Below are positions 10,358-20,460 of a stretch of 64,000 bases of DNA, piece by piece. The stretch spans positions 143,802 through 207,801 of the forward strand of contig JACJWR010000002.1 in assembly GCA_020637055.1 (NCBI GenBank). The letters are read 5' to 3'. Numbering within the stretch: the stretch's first letter is position 1; each line of letters begins with the position of its first letter. Position numbers and translations under genes: made by a program. Origin of the DNA: Actinomycetota bacterium (GTDB taxonomy: Bacteria; Actinomycetota; Actinomycetes; S36-B12; UBA10799). The notes beneath the pieces were generated by a model. The model did not search any database. It was given only the letters and a program-made list of their open reading frames with translations, and was not told the DNA's origin.

Positions 10358-11779
10358 ATGACCGAGCAGTCGCAGCAAGTTGACATGGGCGCCGGACCGG
10401 TGCACTTCATCGGTGTAGGCGGTTCCGGCATGTCCGGGATCGCCCGCATCCTGCTGGCCGAGGGGGTCCAGGTCACCGGCAGCGACGCCAAAGACTCCCG
10501 CCGCTTGACCGCGCTGCGTGCGTTGGGTGCGGACATTGCCATCGGCCACGACGCCGCCAACGTCCGCGACGACACCACCGTGGTGGTGCGTTCAACTGCG
10601 ATCGCGCGCGACAACCCCGAAGTCGTCCGGGCGACGGAACTCGGCATCCCGATACTGCACCGTTCGGAGGCGCTCGCCAAGGTGATGGAGGGTTCCAGGG
10701 TGGTGGCGGTCACCGGAACCCACGGCAAGACGACGACCACCTCCATGCTCACAGTCGCGCTGCAAAACTGTGGCGCCGAACCCAGCTTCGCGATCGGTGG
10801 CGAACTCCACGAAACCGGGGCATACGCCCACCGGGGCTCCGGCGACGTGTTCGTCACAGAAGCGGACGAAAGTGACGGCTCGTTCCTCCGTTTCGGTGCC
10901 ACCGCCGGCATCATCACCAACGTCGAGCCCGATCACCTCAACTACTGGAACGACTTCGAGACTTTGATCGAAGCCTTCGAGCGGTTCGTGCTCGACATCG
11001 GGGAACGCTCCGGCTTCGTGGTCGCCTGCGTGGACGACGAGGAGACCCGGCGGGTCATCCGAGTCGGGCGGGAAGCTGGCGTTGACGTGCGGACCTACGG
11101 ATTCTCCGAGGAGGCCGACTACCACATCTCAGTCCATGACCGAAGTGGCACCGGATGGACCTTCGACGTCGCCGTGCACGGCGTCCGAACTCCGCGGATC
11201 ACGCTGCAGGTGCCCGGCGCCCACAACGTGCTCAACGCCACGGCGGCTTTGGCCACGGCCATCGGGTTGGGCTTCTCCGACGTCGATGCCGCTCGGGGCT
11301 TGGAGAGTTTCACCGGCACCCGGCGACGCTTCGACTTCCGTGGTGAGGTCGCCGGGATCCGAGTCTTCGACGATTTCGCCCATCACCCGACCGAGGTCGC
11401 TGCGACGCTGCGAGCTGCACGTGAGGTCGCCGGTGAAGGTCGCATCATCATGGCTTTCCAGGCGCACCACTACTACCGCACGGCGATGTTCGTCAAGGAA
11501 TTCGGGGAGGCGATGGGGCTGGCGGATGAAGTGGTGGTGCTGGAAGTTTTTGCACCCGGGGAGGAGCCCATCCCGGGCGCGAGCGGTCAGACCATGGCCG
11601 CCGAGGTGCCGCTGCCGGCCGCGCAGGTGCTGTTCGAGCCGAGTTCGCCTGCCGTTCCAGGCCACCTGGTGGCCAGAGCTCAGCCCGGCGACATCATCAT
11701 GACCATCGGGCAGGGCGACGTCGCCTTGATGGCGCCGGCGATCCTGGACCTACTCGAGGTCCGAGCCGACGACCAATGA
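10358..11779 (+). CDS. murC: UDP-N-acetylmuramate--L-alanine ligase
   Basis: HFIGVGGSGMSGIA N-terminal motif and P-loop GTHGKTTTTSM. It directly abuts the murG stop. Confidence 0.93.
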   Translation: MTEQSQQVDMGAGPVHFIGVGGSGMSGIARILLAEGVQVTGSDAKDSRRLTALRALGADIAIGHDAANVRDDTTVVVRSTAIARDNPEVVRATELGIPILHRSEALAKVMEGSRVVAVTGTHGKTTTTSMLTVALQNCGAEPSFAIGGELHETGAYAHRGSGDVFVTEADESDGSFLRFGATAGIITNVEPDHLNYWNDFETLIEAFERFVLDIGERSGFVVACVDDEETRRVIRVGREAGVDVRTYGFSEEADYHISVHDRSGTGWTFDVAVHGVRTPRITLQVPGAHNVLNATAALATAIGLGFSDVDAARGLESFTGTRRRFDFRGEVAGIRVFDDFAHHPTEVAATLRAAREVAGEGRIIMAFQAHHYYRTAMFVKEFGEAMGLADEVVVLEVFAPGEEPIPGASGQTMAAEVPLPAAQVLFEPSSPAVPGHLVARAQPGDIIMTIGQGDVALMAPAILDLLEVRADDQ

Positions 11780-12717
11780 CCCTCACCCAGCCACCCCCCG
11801 GCGCCGGCAGCGAGACGGATTCAGCCGAATCCGGCGGCTCGCGCCGTCGCCGGCGCGTTCGCGAGAAGCAGCCACGGCGCCTGGCGAAGCGGATCGCCCT
11901 GCTCGCGGGCGCTCTGCTTGTGCTCGCCTTCGCCGTCGGTTGGCTGCTGTGGGGATCGCCGTGGCTGCGCGTGACCCAGATCGAGGTCACCGGGGCATCC
12001 GAAGCCACCACTCGGGCTGTCGCCGAAGTGGCCGAGGAGTCGGTCGGAACCCCGATGGTGTCGGTGGCTTCGGCTGACGTGGCGGCGCAGATCAGCGCGC
12101 TGATTGCGGTGCAATCAGCGCAGGTGCGCAAGAGTTGGCCGCAGACCCTCGTCGTTGAAGTCGTGGAGCGCCGTCCGTCCGGATTCGTTCTCGCGGCCGA
12201 CGGCAAGTTTGACGTCCTCGGATCAGATGCGCGCTCCATGGCAAACGTCGGCGAACGCCCGGCCGACCTGCCGGAGTTGCGTGCTCAAGGCGAAGACCTG
12301 ACTTCGCTGGCGCAGGCGATGTCGGCGAACACGCCCGAGGTACTCGCCCGAATCGAATCGGCTTCGATGACCGGCGGCGTGATCGAACTCCAACTGCGAG
12401 ACGGAGCGGGCACTGTGCGTTGGGGGGCTGCGACGGCTTCGGACGTGAAGGCGCGCACCCTTGCGGTGTTAATGCTGTCCGCTCCGGACGCCCGTTGGTT
12501 CGACCTCTCGGCAGCGGGAGCACCGGTCACGGCCCCGGAACGCCCGAGCCGACTGGGGCAACCGTCGCCGAGCCCGTCGGGGACCCCCAGTCCTGGTGCG
12601 TCCGGTTCGCAGGCGATCCCCGAGACCGTCGTACCCGACACCGGCACCGCGTCGACCCCAGTCGAACCGGCACCCGGATCCGGCGGAGAACTGCCGGCCC
12701 AGTTGACGACTCCCTAG
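11776..12717 (+). CDS. ftsQ: Cell division protein FtsQ (POTRA domain) with Arg-rich N-terminus and Pro/Ser-rich C-terminal extension
   Basis: It has a TM segment (IALLAGALLVLAFAVGWLLW) followed by a POTRA-like segment (LRVTQIEVTG...). It lies between murC and ftsZ, and its ATG overlaps the murC stop. Confidence 0.75.
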   Translation: MTLTQPPPGAGSETDSAESGGSRRRRRVREKQPRRLAKRIALLAGALLVLAFAVGWLLWGSPWLRVTQIEVTGASEATTRAVAEVAEESVGTPMVSVASADVAAQISALIAVQSAQVRKSWPQTLVVEVVERRPSGFVLAADGKFDVLGSDARSMANVGERPADLPELRAQGEDLTSLAQAMSANTPEVLARIESASMTGGVIELQLRDGAGTVRWGAATASDVKARTLAVLMLSAPDARWFDLSAAGAPVTAPERPSRLGQPSPSPSGTPSPGASGSQAIPETVVPDTGTASTPVEPAPGSGGELPAQLTTP

Positions 12718-12892
12718 TACGAGCATCAACCTGACATCGATGTCTGTCGGTTTTGTGAAGTGGAGTTACTGCTGGGGAAGTTGCCGGTGGACGAATTCAG
12801 ACCTTTCCGCGATTCACCAGCGGGGCACCTTGCGGCGGTCCGGCGGCGATGGCTAGCGTACTGCCAGGATTCCCAGAGACCGAGTCAAACTG

Positions 12893-12907
12893 TCAACTTG
12901 AAGTTGA
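12893..12907. promoter_or_regulatory. Perfect 15-nt palindrome TCAACTTgAAGTTGA in the ftsQ-ftsZ intergenic region (candidate operator)
   Basis: Read directly from the sequence. It lies in a visibly less G+C-rich 327-bp intergenic region about 140 nt upstream of the ftsZ GTG, preceded by the direct half-repeat GTCAAAC-TGTCAAC. Confidence 0.3.
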
Positions 12908-13044
12908 GGTAGCGTTTGGTTTCCGGGGCCAATGGTGAGGTTGGCTGTGGGTTCGCCACGACTGGCGCGTAGGCTTCGCTCACAACTATCTCTTCGCAGA
13001 CCAGTACCGTCGCACCGCTGCGACAACCTCGGAAGGAACAACAC

Positions 13045-14193
13045 GTGGCGTCTCCGCAGAACTATCTCGCCGTGATCAAGGTCGTCGGTATTGGCGGCGG
13101 TGGCGTCAATGCGGTCAACCGCATGATCGAGTCGGGACTCAAGGGTGTCGAGTTCATCGCGATCAACACCGATGCCCAAGCGCTCCTCATGAGCGACGCC
13201 GACGTCAAACTCGACATCGGACGGGAACTCACCCGCGGTCTGGGTGCCGGCGCGGACCCGGAGATCGGCAAGAAGGCGGCAGAGGACCACCAACAGGAGA
13301 TCGAAGAGGTGCTCAAGGGCGCCGACATGGTCTTCGTGACCGCCGGCGAGGGGGGCGGCACTGGTACCGGTGGCGCCCCGGTGGTGGCGAAGATCGCCAA
13401 GGGAATGGGTGCTCTGACCATCGGCGTGGTCACCCGACCCTTCATGTTCGAGGGGCGCCGGCGTGCCACCCAGGCCGAGAGTGGCATCGACGGCCTGCGC
13501 AGTGAGGTCGACACCCTCATCGTGATCCCGAACGACCGTCTGCTTATGCTCTCGGATCGCAAGATCAGCGTCATCGACGCGTTCAAGCAGGCCGACCAGG
13601 TGCTGTACCAGGGCGTGTCTGGAATCACCGACCTCATCACCACTCCTGGTCTGATCAACCTCGACTTCGCCGACGTGAAGTCGGTCATGCACAGCGCCGG
13701 ATCCGCACTGATGGGTATCGGGTCGGCCCGCGGCGAGAACCGCGCCATCGCGGCTGCTGAGGAGGCCATCTCGTCGCCGCTGCTGGAGGCCAGCATCGAA
13801 GGCGCCCACGGCGTACTGCTGAGCATCTCCGGAGGAAGCGACCTCGGTCTGTTCGAGATCAACGAGGCGGCCAAGCTGGTGGCCGACTCGGCCCACCCGG
13901 AGGCCAACATCATCTTCGGTGCGGTCATCGATGACACCCTCGGCGACGAGGTCCGGATCACCGTGATCGCCGCCGGTTTCGACGGGGGCCAGCCGCAGCC
14001 GCTGAAGCCGAAGTCTGCCCAGCAGGGTCAGGGGCGCGCGGCCGGGAGCGGGGGACAGTCGGCCGCGGCCGCTGCTGCTGCCGCCCGTTCGGCAGCTGGA
14101 CGGCCGTCCGGCGACACTCCGGTGAAGGATGTGCACTTCGACTCCGAGGCGAACAGTCAGGACGACCTCGACGTGCCGGACTTCCTCAAGTAG
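13045..14193 (+). CDS. ftsZ: Cell division GTPase FtsZ
   Basis: Tubulin signature [14 protein letters not shown]-terminus [22 protein letters not shown], and the conserved C-terminal peptide [10 protein letters not shown]. Confidence 0.97.
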   Translation: MASPQNYLAVIKVVGIGGGGVNAVNRMIESGLKGVEFIAINTDAQALLMSDADVKLDIGRELTRGLGAGADPEIGKKAAEDHQQEIEEVLKGADMVFVTAGEGGGTGTGGAPVVAKIAKGMGALTIGVVTRPFMFEGRRRATQAESGIDGLRSEVDTLIVIPNDRLLMLSDRKISVIDAFKQADQVLYQGVSGITDLITTPGLINLDFADVKSVMHSAGSALMGIGSARGENRAIAAAEEAISSPLLEASIEGAHGVLLSISGGSDLGLFEINEAAKLVADSAHPEANIIFGAVIDDTLGDEVRITVIAAGFDGGQPQPLKPKSAQQGQGRAAGSGGQSAAAAAAAARSAAGRPSGDTPVKDVHFDSEANSQDDLDVPDFLK

Positions 14194-14200
14194 GACCCGC

Positions 14201-14953
14201 ATGAGCGCGGCCTACTGGCGCGGCAGCATCGCCCTCGCGGAGGCCACTTCCTCCCATCAGGGGCACTGGCTGTTCACGTCACGATTCGGCGGCGTCTCCG
14301 ACGCGCCCTTCGACGACTGGAATCTGGCGGCGCACGTCGGCGACGACGGGGCAGCGGTGCTGACGAATCGGCGACGGGTGGCTGAACTCGCCGGCGTGAA
14401 CGTCGAGGATGTTGTGTTCATGCGCCAGTGCCACAGTGCGGACGTTGAAGTCGTCGAATCCGGCGTCGGTGAGGTGCAGTCGGTGGACGGGTTGGTCACA
14501 GCCACCCCCGATCTGGTCGTGGTGGCCCTGTCCGCTGACTGCGTGCCGGTATCGATGGTGGATGTGCAGGCCGGTGTGGTGGCTGCGGTCCACTCCGGTT
14601 GGCAGGGCATGGTCGCTGGCGTCGTGGATACCGCTCTGGTGGCGATGCAGGACCTCGGTGCGGCAAGGGAGCGGATTCGGGTGTCGCTGGGTCCGGCGAT
14701 CTGCGGACCCTGCTACCCGGTGCCCCCCGAACGTGCCCGGATCGCCGCGCAAGCGGCGCCGGCGAGCGCGGCGACCTCACCGGACGGGCAACCGGCGATC
14801 GACGTTCGCGCCGGCCTGGCAGCGCAACTGCGTGCAGCGGGCATCGTCGTCGAATACGTCGGCGGATGCACGGCCGAAGACCCGCAGTTGTTCTCCTACC
14901 GGCGCGACGGCGAGACCGGACGGCAGGGTGTTGCGGTCTGGTGGAATCGATGA
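14201..14953 (+). CDS. pgeF: Peptidoglycan editing factor PgeF / YfiH laccase-domain (polyphenol oxidase family) protein
   Basis: YfiH-like sequence (…FTSRFGGVS…NLAAHVGDD…MRQCHS…ADCVP…AVHSGWQG…) in the conserved position after ftsZ. I chose the ATG at 14201, after the ftsZ stop. Confidence 0.8.
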   Translation: MSAAYWRGSIALAEATSSHQGHWLFTSRFGGVSDAPFDDWNLAAHVGDDGAAVLTNRRRVAELAGVNVEDVVFMRQCHSADVEVVESGVGEVQSVDGLVTATPDLVVVALSADCVPVSMVDVQAGVVAAVHSGWQGMVAGVVDTALVAMQDLGAARERIRVSLGPAICGPCYPVPPERARIAAQAAPASAATSPDGQPAIDVRAGLAAQLRAAGIVVEYVGGCTAEDPQLFSYRRDGETGRQGVAVWWNR

Positions 14954-15681
14954 CCTCCGACGACGTGACCTCCGACGCCCAACGTCTCGAGGCGCTGGCC
15001 GCGTCGGTGGCCGCGGCGCGGGCCGAGGTGGAGGCGGCGGAGCGTGCCGCCGGCCGATCGCCGGGCGCCGTGGATATCGTCGCCGTGACCAAGAAGTTCC
15101 CCGCGTCGGATGTGATTGCACTGGCCTCGTTGGGCATACGACACGTCGGCGAGAATCGCCACCAGGAGGCCGTCGCGAAGCATTCGGCAGCTGCGGCCGC
15201 CCCGGTGACCTGGCATTTCATCGGTCAACTCCAGACCAACAAGGCGCGCGCCGTCGCCGCCTATGCCGACCAGATCGACACCGTCGACCGGCTCGGTCTG
15301 GTGGCTGCGCTGGAACGCGGCGCCGCAGCGCATGGGCGCAACCTGGGTTGCCTGGTGCAAGTCAACTTGGACCCCTCGCCGGCGGCGCACGCGGGACGAG
15401 GAGGCGCCGATCCGGCAGACGTCCTCGATATCGCCGACGCTGTGGCCGCGGCCGAGCACCTGGAACTGCGTGGCGTCATGGGTATGGCTCCGGCCGACGG
15501 CGATGCCGAGGCCGCGTTCGATCGGCTGGCTGCCATCGCCGAGTCGATCCGTTCCCGGTACCCGCAGGCGGATCAGATCTCCGCAGGCATGAGCGGGGAC
15601 TTCGAGGCCGCGATCGCAGCCGGCGCGACACACGTGAGACTGGGCACGGCGATCCTCGGACCGAGGCCTGCCGTCGGGTAA
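14950..15681 (+). CDS. yggS: YggS-family pyridoxal-phosphate homeostasis protein
   Basis: Alanine-racemase N-terminal fold with the PLP lysine motif VAVTKKFP, plus HFIGQLQTNK. The ATG overlaps the pgeF stop (ATGA). Confidence 0.85.
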   Translation: MTSDDVTSDAQRLEALAASVAAARAEVEAAERAAGRSPGAVDIVAVTKKFPASDVIALASLGIRHVGENRHQEAVAKHSAAAAAPVTWHFIGQLQTNKARAVAAYADQIDTVDRLGLVAALERGAAAHGRNLGCLVQVNLDPSPAAHAGRGGADPADVLDIADAVAAAEHLELRGVMGMAPADGDAEAAFDRLAAIAESIRSRYPQADQISAGMSGDFEAAIAAGATHVRLGTAILGPRPAVG

Positions 15682-15751
15682 CGTGCTGATAGCGCACAGC
15701 CTGGCAGCGGGCGCACACCAACTACCCGAATCGGTGCAGAAGGAGATCTAC

Positions 15752-16216
15752 ATGGCCGGTGCGATCCGACGGATGGCCACCTACCTCGGTCTTGTCGAGG
15801 ACGACCAGTACTACACCGATCACGACGGCCGTCATCCGGTAGACCGCGTTGCGGTGAGCCAGAGTGCCGGCGATGCCGACCGCCACGACCACGCAGACCG
15901 GGGAACAGTTCACCAACTGGCCCGTCCGTGGGAACGGCCGGGCTATCGGATCACCTCGGTGCTGCCCACCACCTACAACGACGCCCGCCGCATCGGTGAG
16001 GAGTTCCGGAATGACGATCCGGTACTCATGGATCTCACCTCCATGTCCGACGCCGATGCCAAGCGGATCGTGGACTTTGCGGCCGGGCTAGTATTTGGCC
16101 TGCACGGCAGCATCGAGCGCATCACCCCCAAGGTGTTCCTCCTTTCTCCCGACGGGGTGGATGTCTCGGCCATTGCGCGCGAGCAGGTGGGCGGCAGTTC
16201 TCACTACGCCCGCTGA
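15752..16216 (+). CDS. sepF: Cell division protein SepF
   Basis: MAGAIRRMATYLGLVEDD N-terminus and a conserved C-terminal SepF domain (…NDARRIGEEFRNDDPVLMDLTSM…AKRIVDFAAGLVFGLHG…). AAGGAG lies 6 nt upstream of the ATG. Confidence 0.85.
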   Translation: MAGAIRRMATYLGLVEDDQYYTDHDGRHPVDRVAVSQSAGDADRHDHADRGTVHQLARPWERPGYRITSVLPTTYNDARRIGEEFRNDDPVLMDLTSMSDADAKRIVDFAAGLVFGLHGSIERITPKVFLLSPDGVDVSAIAREQVGGSSHYAR

Positions 16217-16243
16217 TTCGCCCCACCAGTTCAGGAGAACTCA

Positions 16244-16528
16244 ATGAGCAGCATCGGGCAGATCGTTGCGACGGTGCTATGGCTGTACATCCTGGTGCTG
16301 TTTGCCCGCTTCGCGTTCGATCTGATCCAGATGTTCTCCCGCGACTGGACGCCTAAGGGGATCATCTTGGTACTGGCCGAGGCCGTCTACACGGTGACCG
16401 ACCCGCCGCTGAAGTTCCTCCGGCGTTTCATCCCGCCCCTACGCCTTGGCGGGGTGGCGCTCGATCTCTCCTTCCTCGTACTGCTCATACTGTTGCAGGT
16501 GGGCATCGCGGTGGCGTCCGCCCTGTGA
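16244..16528 (+). CDS. YggT-family membrane protein
   Basis: 94 aa with two TM segments and the YggT-like motif (…DPPLKFLRRFIPPLRLGGVALDLSFLVL…). Conserved position between sepF and divIVA. Confidence 0.8.
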   Translation: MSSIGQIVATVLWLYILVLFARFAFDLIQMFSRDWTPKGIILVLAEAVYTVTDPPLKFLRRFIPPLRLGGVALDLSFLVLLILLQVGIAVASAL

Positions 16529-16596
16529 GGCGGGGCGAGGCGCCTTCGACCCGATCTTCGAACCCCATCGGTTGATCCCAGCATCCATCGGCAGGA

Positions 16597-17154
16597 GTGG
16601 TGCAGTTGTCCTATTCAGCACGTGGGGCGTCGCCAGGGCCACACCGACGACCCATCAGCGCCAGCGAAGTCCGATCCGTCGTCTTCACCACCACCCGGAT
16701 GCGATTGGGCTACGACGTCGAGGAGGTTGACGCCTTCCTCGATCACGTCGAATGGAGTATGGAGCAGATGGTGGCCGAAATCGGCCGACTCCAGCGTCAA
16801 CTCGGCGACATCGACCGGGCCAACGCCGCGCGGCTGGAACAGGCACGCCTCACCGCCCAGCAACTGGTTGCGCTGCTCGGCGGGACTCCGGGGAACGTCC
16901 GGCCACCGAGCTGGGGTCAGCCGGCCATCACGCCTTCCGGACCGCAGTTCCAGCCGCGTCGGGCTGCCCCGGCCACACCCCCGGGCTGGAATCCGGCGGC
17001 GCCGCCGCCCCCGCCACCAGGCGCCGGATCGGTGGTCAACAGCCCCAATCCGGTGGCACCGGGAACCCCCCCGCCACCGACCGGGAGGCCGGCGGCGAAT
17101 CTGCCTCCACCCTCGGCAGCCCAGGCCTGGGGGTTCCCGCCGCCCCGCGGCTGA
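16597..17154 (+). CDS. divIVA: DivIVA-domain protein (Wag31/DivIVA position) with short coiled-coil and Pro-rich tail
   Basis: N-terminal DivIVA motif …VRSVVFTTTRMRLGYDVEEVDAFLDHV…, a coiled-coil, then a PPPPPPG/PPPP-rich C-terminus. The start (GTG 16597/16600) is uncertain. Confidence 0.75.
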   Translation: MVQLSYSARGASPGPHRRPISASEVRSVVFTTTRMRLGYDVEEVDAFLDHVEWSMEQMVAEIGRLQRQLGDIDRANAARLEQARLTAQQLVALLGGTPGNVRPPSWGQPAITPSGPQFQPRRAAPATPPGWNPAAPPPPPPGAGSVVNSPNPVAPGTPPPPTGRPAANLPPPSAAQAWGFPPPRG

Positions 17155-17179
17155 CGACCCGCGCGGCCGGCGAGGGATC

Positions 17180-20100
17180 TCAGCGCGACGCCGGCTGCAG
17201 GCTGAACCGCATACCGAGTTCGGTCAGCTCCACTGCATCCTCGGGGGTCACCGTGCCCGGCTCGAATCGCACCGCCAGGATCTCGTCGGCGATCGACTCC
17301 CCGTGTGCGGAGAGAACCGTCGCCGCCTCCGAGTTGGCCGCGGCATAGGTCACCGCGATCCGGTCGGTCACTTCCAGGCCGGCGTTCTTCCGAGCCTCCT
17401 GCAAGGCGCGCACGACCTCGCGGGCATGCCCCAATCCGAGTAGATCGTCGGTCAACTCCAGATCCAACGCCACCGTGGCGCCGTCGGTGCTCGCCACGCT
17501 CCACCCGGCCACCGGCCGTTCGGTGACGATCACCTCATCGGCCGACAGCAGTTCTGCCCCGTCATCGGTCTCGACTGAGACTTCACCGGCCGCCTTGAGC
17601 GCGGCTGCGATATCGGCGGCCGGCTGCTGTTGGAGGGCCGCGGCCAGCTCCGGGGTGCGCTTGCCGAAACGTTTCCCCAGCGCGCGGAAGTTCGGCTTCA
17701 CCGTGACCTCGACCAGGTCGCCGGCCTCGTCGGCCAGTGGTACCGCCGTCAGCACGTTGACCTCCTCGGTGAACTGCGCACGCAGGTCGTCCGGCATCGA
17801 GTCCCAACGGCTGGCGGCTACCAGTGCCCGGCCCAGGGGTTGGCGCGTGCGCACGCCGGATTCGGCCCGTGCCGACCGACCGAGATCCACCAGCGTGCGA
17901 ATCGTGGCGACATCGGCGGCCAAGGAGTCATCTATCGCCGCCGGGTCCACCGTCGGCCACGCCGCCAGGTGCACCGAGTCGATGCCCGTCTCTTCCGCGA
18001 AGAGATCGGTCCAGACCCGATCGGTGATGAACGGCGTGAACGGCGCCATCAGTAGCGTGACCACGCGCAGTGCCTCGTGCAGGGTCGCCAGGGCGGCTGG
18101 ATCTCCCTGCCAGAACCGACGGCGGCTCCGGCGCACGTACCAGTTCGAGAGGTCATCGACGAATCCGGTCAACACACGTCCTGCGACCTGGGTGTCGAAC
18201 GTTTCCAACGCGTCGGTCACTTGCCGAATCGCGCGCTGGCCCTCGGAATGCACCCACCGGTCAAGCGAGGTGAACTCCAGTTGACTGCGGTCGGCGGTCG
18301 GGTCCCATTCGGCGATCCGGCCATAGAGCGACTGGAAACTCACCGTGTTCCAGTACGTCAGGAGGACTCGGCGGATGACGTCGTCGATCGCTTCATGGCT
18401 CACCCGGCGGGCCTGCCACGGCGATCCGGACGCGAGCATGAACCAGCGGACGGCGTCCGCGCCATGGGCGTCCATCAGCGGGATGGGTTCGAGCACGTTG
18501 CCGAGGTGCTTGCTCATCTTCCGGCCCTGGGCGTCCAGGATGTGCCCGAGGCACAGCACGTTGCGGTACGAGGACTGGTCGAACACCAAGGTGCCCACCG
18601 CCATCAGCGTGTAGAACCACCCGCGGGTCTGGTCGATCGCCTCGCAGACGAAATCGGCCGGGTAGCGCGATTTGAACAGTTCCACGTTGCGGTGCGGGTA
18701 GCCGAACTGGGCGAACGGCATGGCCCCGGAGTCGTACCAGCAGTCGATCACCTCCGGGACCCGGTTAGCGGTCTCGCCGCAGTCGGCACAGCGGATGGTG
18801 ACGTCGTCGACGAAAGGTCGGTGCGGATCGAGGCCCTCGACGTTGTGGCCGGCCTTGTCCGAGAGGTCAGCCAACGATTCGACGGCCGTGATGTGTCCGG
18901 CCGGGCATCGCCAAAGCGGCAGCGGGGTGCCCCAGTAGCGGTTGCGGGAGAGCGCCCAATCGATGTTGTTGGCCAACCAGTCGCCGTAGCGGCCGTCCCG
19001 GATGGTTTCCGGGATCCAGTTGGTGGCCGCGTTCTGTTCGATCAGCTGGTCCTTGATGGCAGTGGTCTTGATGTACCACGACGGCTGCGCGTAGTACAGC
19101 AGCGGCGTGTGGCACCGCCAGCAGTGTGGATAGTTGTGTTCGTAGTCGAGCAGCAGGAAGAGCAGGCCCCGGGCCTGCAGATCGGTCACCAGCACGTTGT
19201 CGGCGTTCTTGAAGAACATCCCGCCCACCAGCGGCACCGAATCGTCGAACGTGCCATCGGCGTGCACCGGATTCACCACCGGCAAGTCGTAGCCGCGCGC
19301 CACGGTGAGGTCGTCGGCGCCGAAGGCTGGAGCGATGTGCACCAGACCGGAGCCGTCGTCGGTGGTCACATAGTCGCCGAGGATCACATAGTGGGCCTCC
19401 GGCACCTCGACCAAGTCGAACGGCGGACGGTAGCGCAGATGCTCCAGGTCCTCCCCCGAGACCGTCGCCAGCACCTCGGCGTTGGGTGAGATCCGCTCGT
19501 GCAGGGCGGCCGCCACCACCAGCGTCTCCCGTTCGGGGGTGCGGATCACCACATACTCGGCGGTCGGCGACACCGCGACCGCCGTGTTGGACACCAGCGT
19601 CCAGGGTGTCGTGGTCCAGACGAGCAACGTGAGGTCATCGAATCGGTCCTTCAATTCACCCGACACCACCGGCATGCGCACGAAGACCGAAGGATCGTGC
19701 ACGGTTTCGTAGCCCTGGGCCAATTCGTGGTCGCTGAGCGTGGTGCCGCAGCGCGGACAGTACGGCGACACCCGGTGGTCCTCGACCAGCAGTCCGGACT
19801 TGTGGATCTGCGCCAAGGACCACCAGACGCTCTCGATGTAGTCGCTGGACATGGTCCAGTAGGCGTCGTCCATGTCCACCCAGTAGCCCATGCGTTCGGT
19901 CATGACCCCGAACTCGGCCACATGCCGCAGCACCGACTCGCGGCATTTGGCGTTGAACTCCTCGATGCCGTAGGCCTCGATGTCCGGCTTGCCGGAGAAG
20001 CCCAATTCTTTCTCCACCGCCAGTTCCACCGGAAGCCCGTGGCAGTCCCAGCCGGCTTTGCGGGGCACATAGTGGCCCTGCATGGTCTTGAACCGCGGAA

Positions 20101-20302
20101 ACACGTCCTTGAACACCCGCGCCTCGATGTGGTGGGTACCGGGCGTGCCGTTCGCGGTGGGCGGCCCCTCGTTGAACACCCACGGCGTACCGTCCCGGGT
20201 GGCCGCCAACGAGCGGTGGAAGACGTTGTTCTCCTGCCACTGCCGGAGGATCTGCGCATCCATCGCCGGAAGGTCGATTCGAGCGGGGACAGGCCGGTAC
20301 AT
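17180..20302 (-). CDS. ileS: Isoleucine--tRNA ligase (long, type-2 form)
   Basis: Class I signatures (…PPTANGTPGTHH… HIGH-like, KMSKHLGN = KMSKS), CP1 editing domain and Cys clusters (CPRCGT, CWRCHTP). I favour the start at MYRPVP (20302); the ORF track allows 20365. Confidence 0.95.
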   Translation of the reverse strand: MYRPVPARIDLPAMDAQILRQWQENNVFHRSLAATRDGTPWVFNEGPPTANGTPGTHHIEARVFKDVFPRFKTMQGHYVPRKAGWDCHGLPVELAVEKELGFSGKPDIEAYGIEEFNAKCRESVLRHVAEFGVMTERMGYWVDMDDAYWTMSSDYIESVWWSLAQIHKSGLLVEDHRVSPYCPRCGTTLSDHELAQGYETVHDPSVFVRMPVVSGELKDRFDDLTLLVWTTTPWTLVSNTAVAVSPTAEYVVIRTPERETLVVAAALHERISPNAEVLATVSGEDLEHLRYRPPFDLVEVPEAHYVILGDYVTTDDGSGLVHIAPAFGADDLTVARGYDLPVVNPVHADGTFDDSVPLVGGMFFKNADNVLVTDLQARGLLFLLLDYEHNYPHCWRCHTPLLYYAQPSWYIKTTAIKDQLIEQNAATNWIPETIRDGRYGDWLANNIDWALSRNRYWGTPLPLWRCPAGHITAVESLADLSDKAGHNVEGLDPHRPFVDDVTIRCADCGETANRVPEVIDCWYDSGAMPFAQFGYPHRNVELFKSRYPADFVCEAIDQTRGWFYTLMAVGTLVFDQSSYRNVLCLGHILDAQGRKMSKHLGNVLEPIPLMDAHGADAVRWFMLASGSPWQARRVSHEAIDDVIRRVLLTYWNTVSFQSLYGRIAEWDPTADRSQLEFTSLDRWVHSEGQRAIRQVTDALETFDTQVAGRVLTGFVDDLSNWYVRRSRRRFWQGDPAALATLHEALRVVTLLMAPFTPFITDRVWTDLFAEETGIDSVHLAAWPTVDPAAIDDSLAADVATIRTLVDLGRSARAESGVRTRQPLGRALVAASRWDSMPDDLRAQFTEEVNVLTAVPLADEAGDLVEVTVKPNFRALGKRFGKRTPELAAALQQQPAADIAAALKAAGEVSVETDDGAELLSADEVIVTERPVAGWSVASTDGATVALDLELTDDLLGLGHAREVVRALQEARKNAGLEVTDRIAVTYAAANSEAATVLSAHGESIADEILAVRFEPGTVTPEDAVELTELGMRFSLQPASR

Positions 20303-20460
20303 CCCACCTCCAGGGGTTGGGTTCACAACGCGCGCGGGTGTGGGCGGCCTCGATGACACGCCCAAGGCCCAAAGAATACCGCTTGGGGTAATGCCGAACT
20401 GGTTTGCCGCCGATGCACTCAGGTACCCTCGATGCTCAGTACGCGGTGATCAGTGAAGGG

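Noticed and set aside
12853-14202. 449-aa ORF on the minus strand covering the whole of ftsZ
   Set aside because: It is antisense to an unambiguous FtsZ gene. Its translation is Arg/Gly/His-rich low-complexity sequence typical of stop-free antisense frames in high-G+C DNA, with no recognisable motifs.
20303-20460. Expected T-box riboswitch upstream of ileS (actinobacterial ileS genes often have one)
   Set aside because: I looked on the minus strand for the T-box core (GGGUGGUACCGCG-like) and a matching AUC specifier/antiterminator arrangement and did not find them. The spacer to the divergent gene is only about 100-160 nt. A covariance-model scan would be needed to exclude a divergent element.
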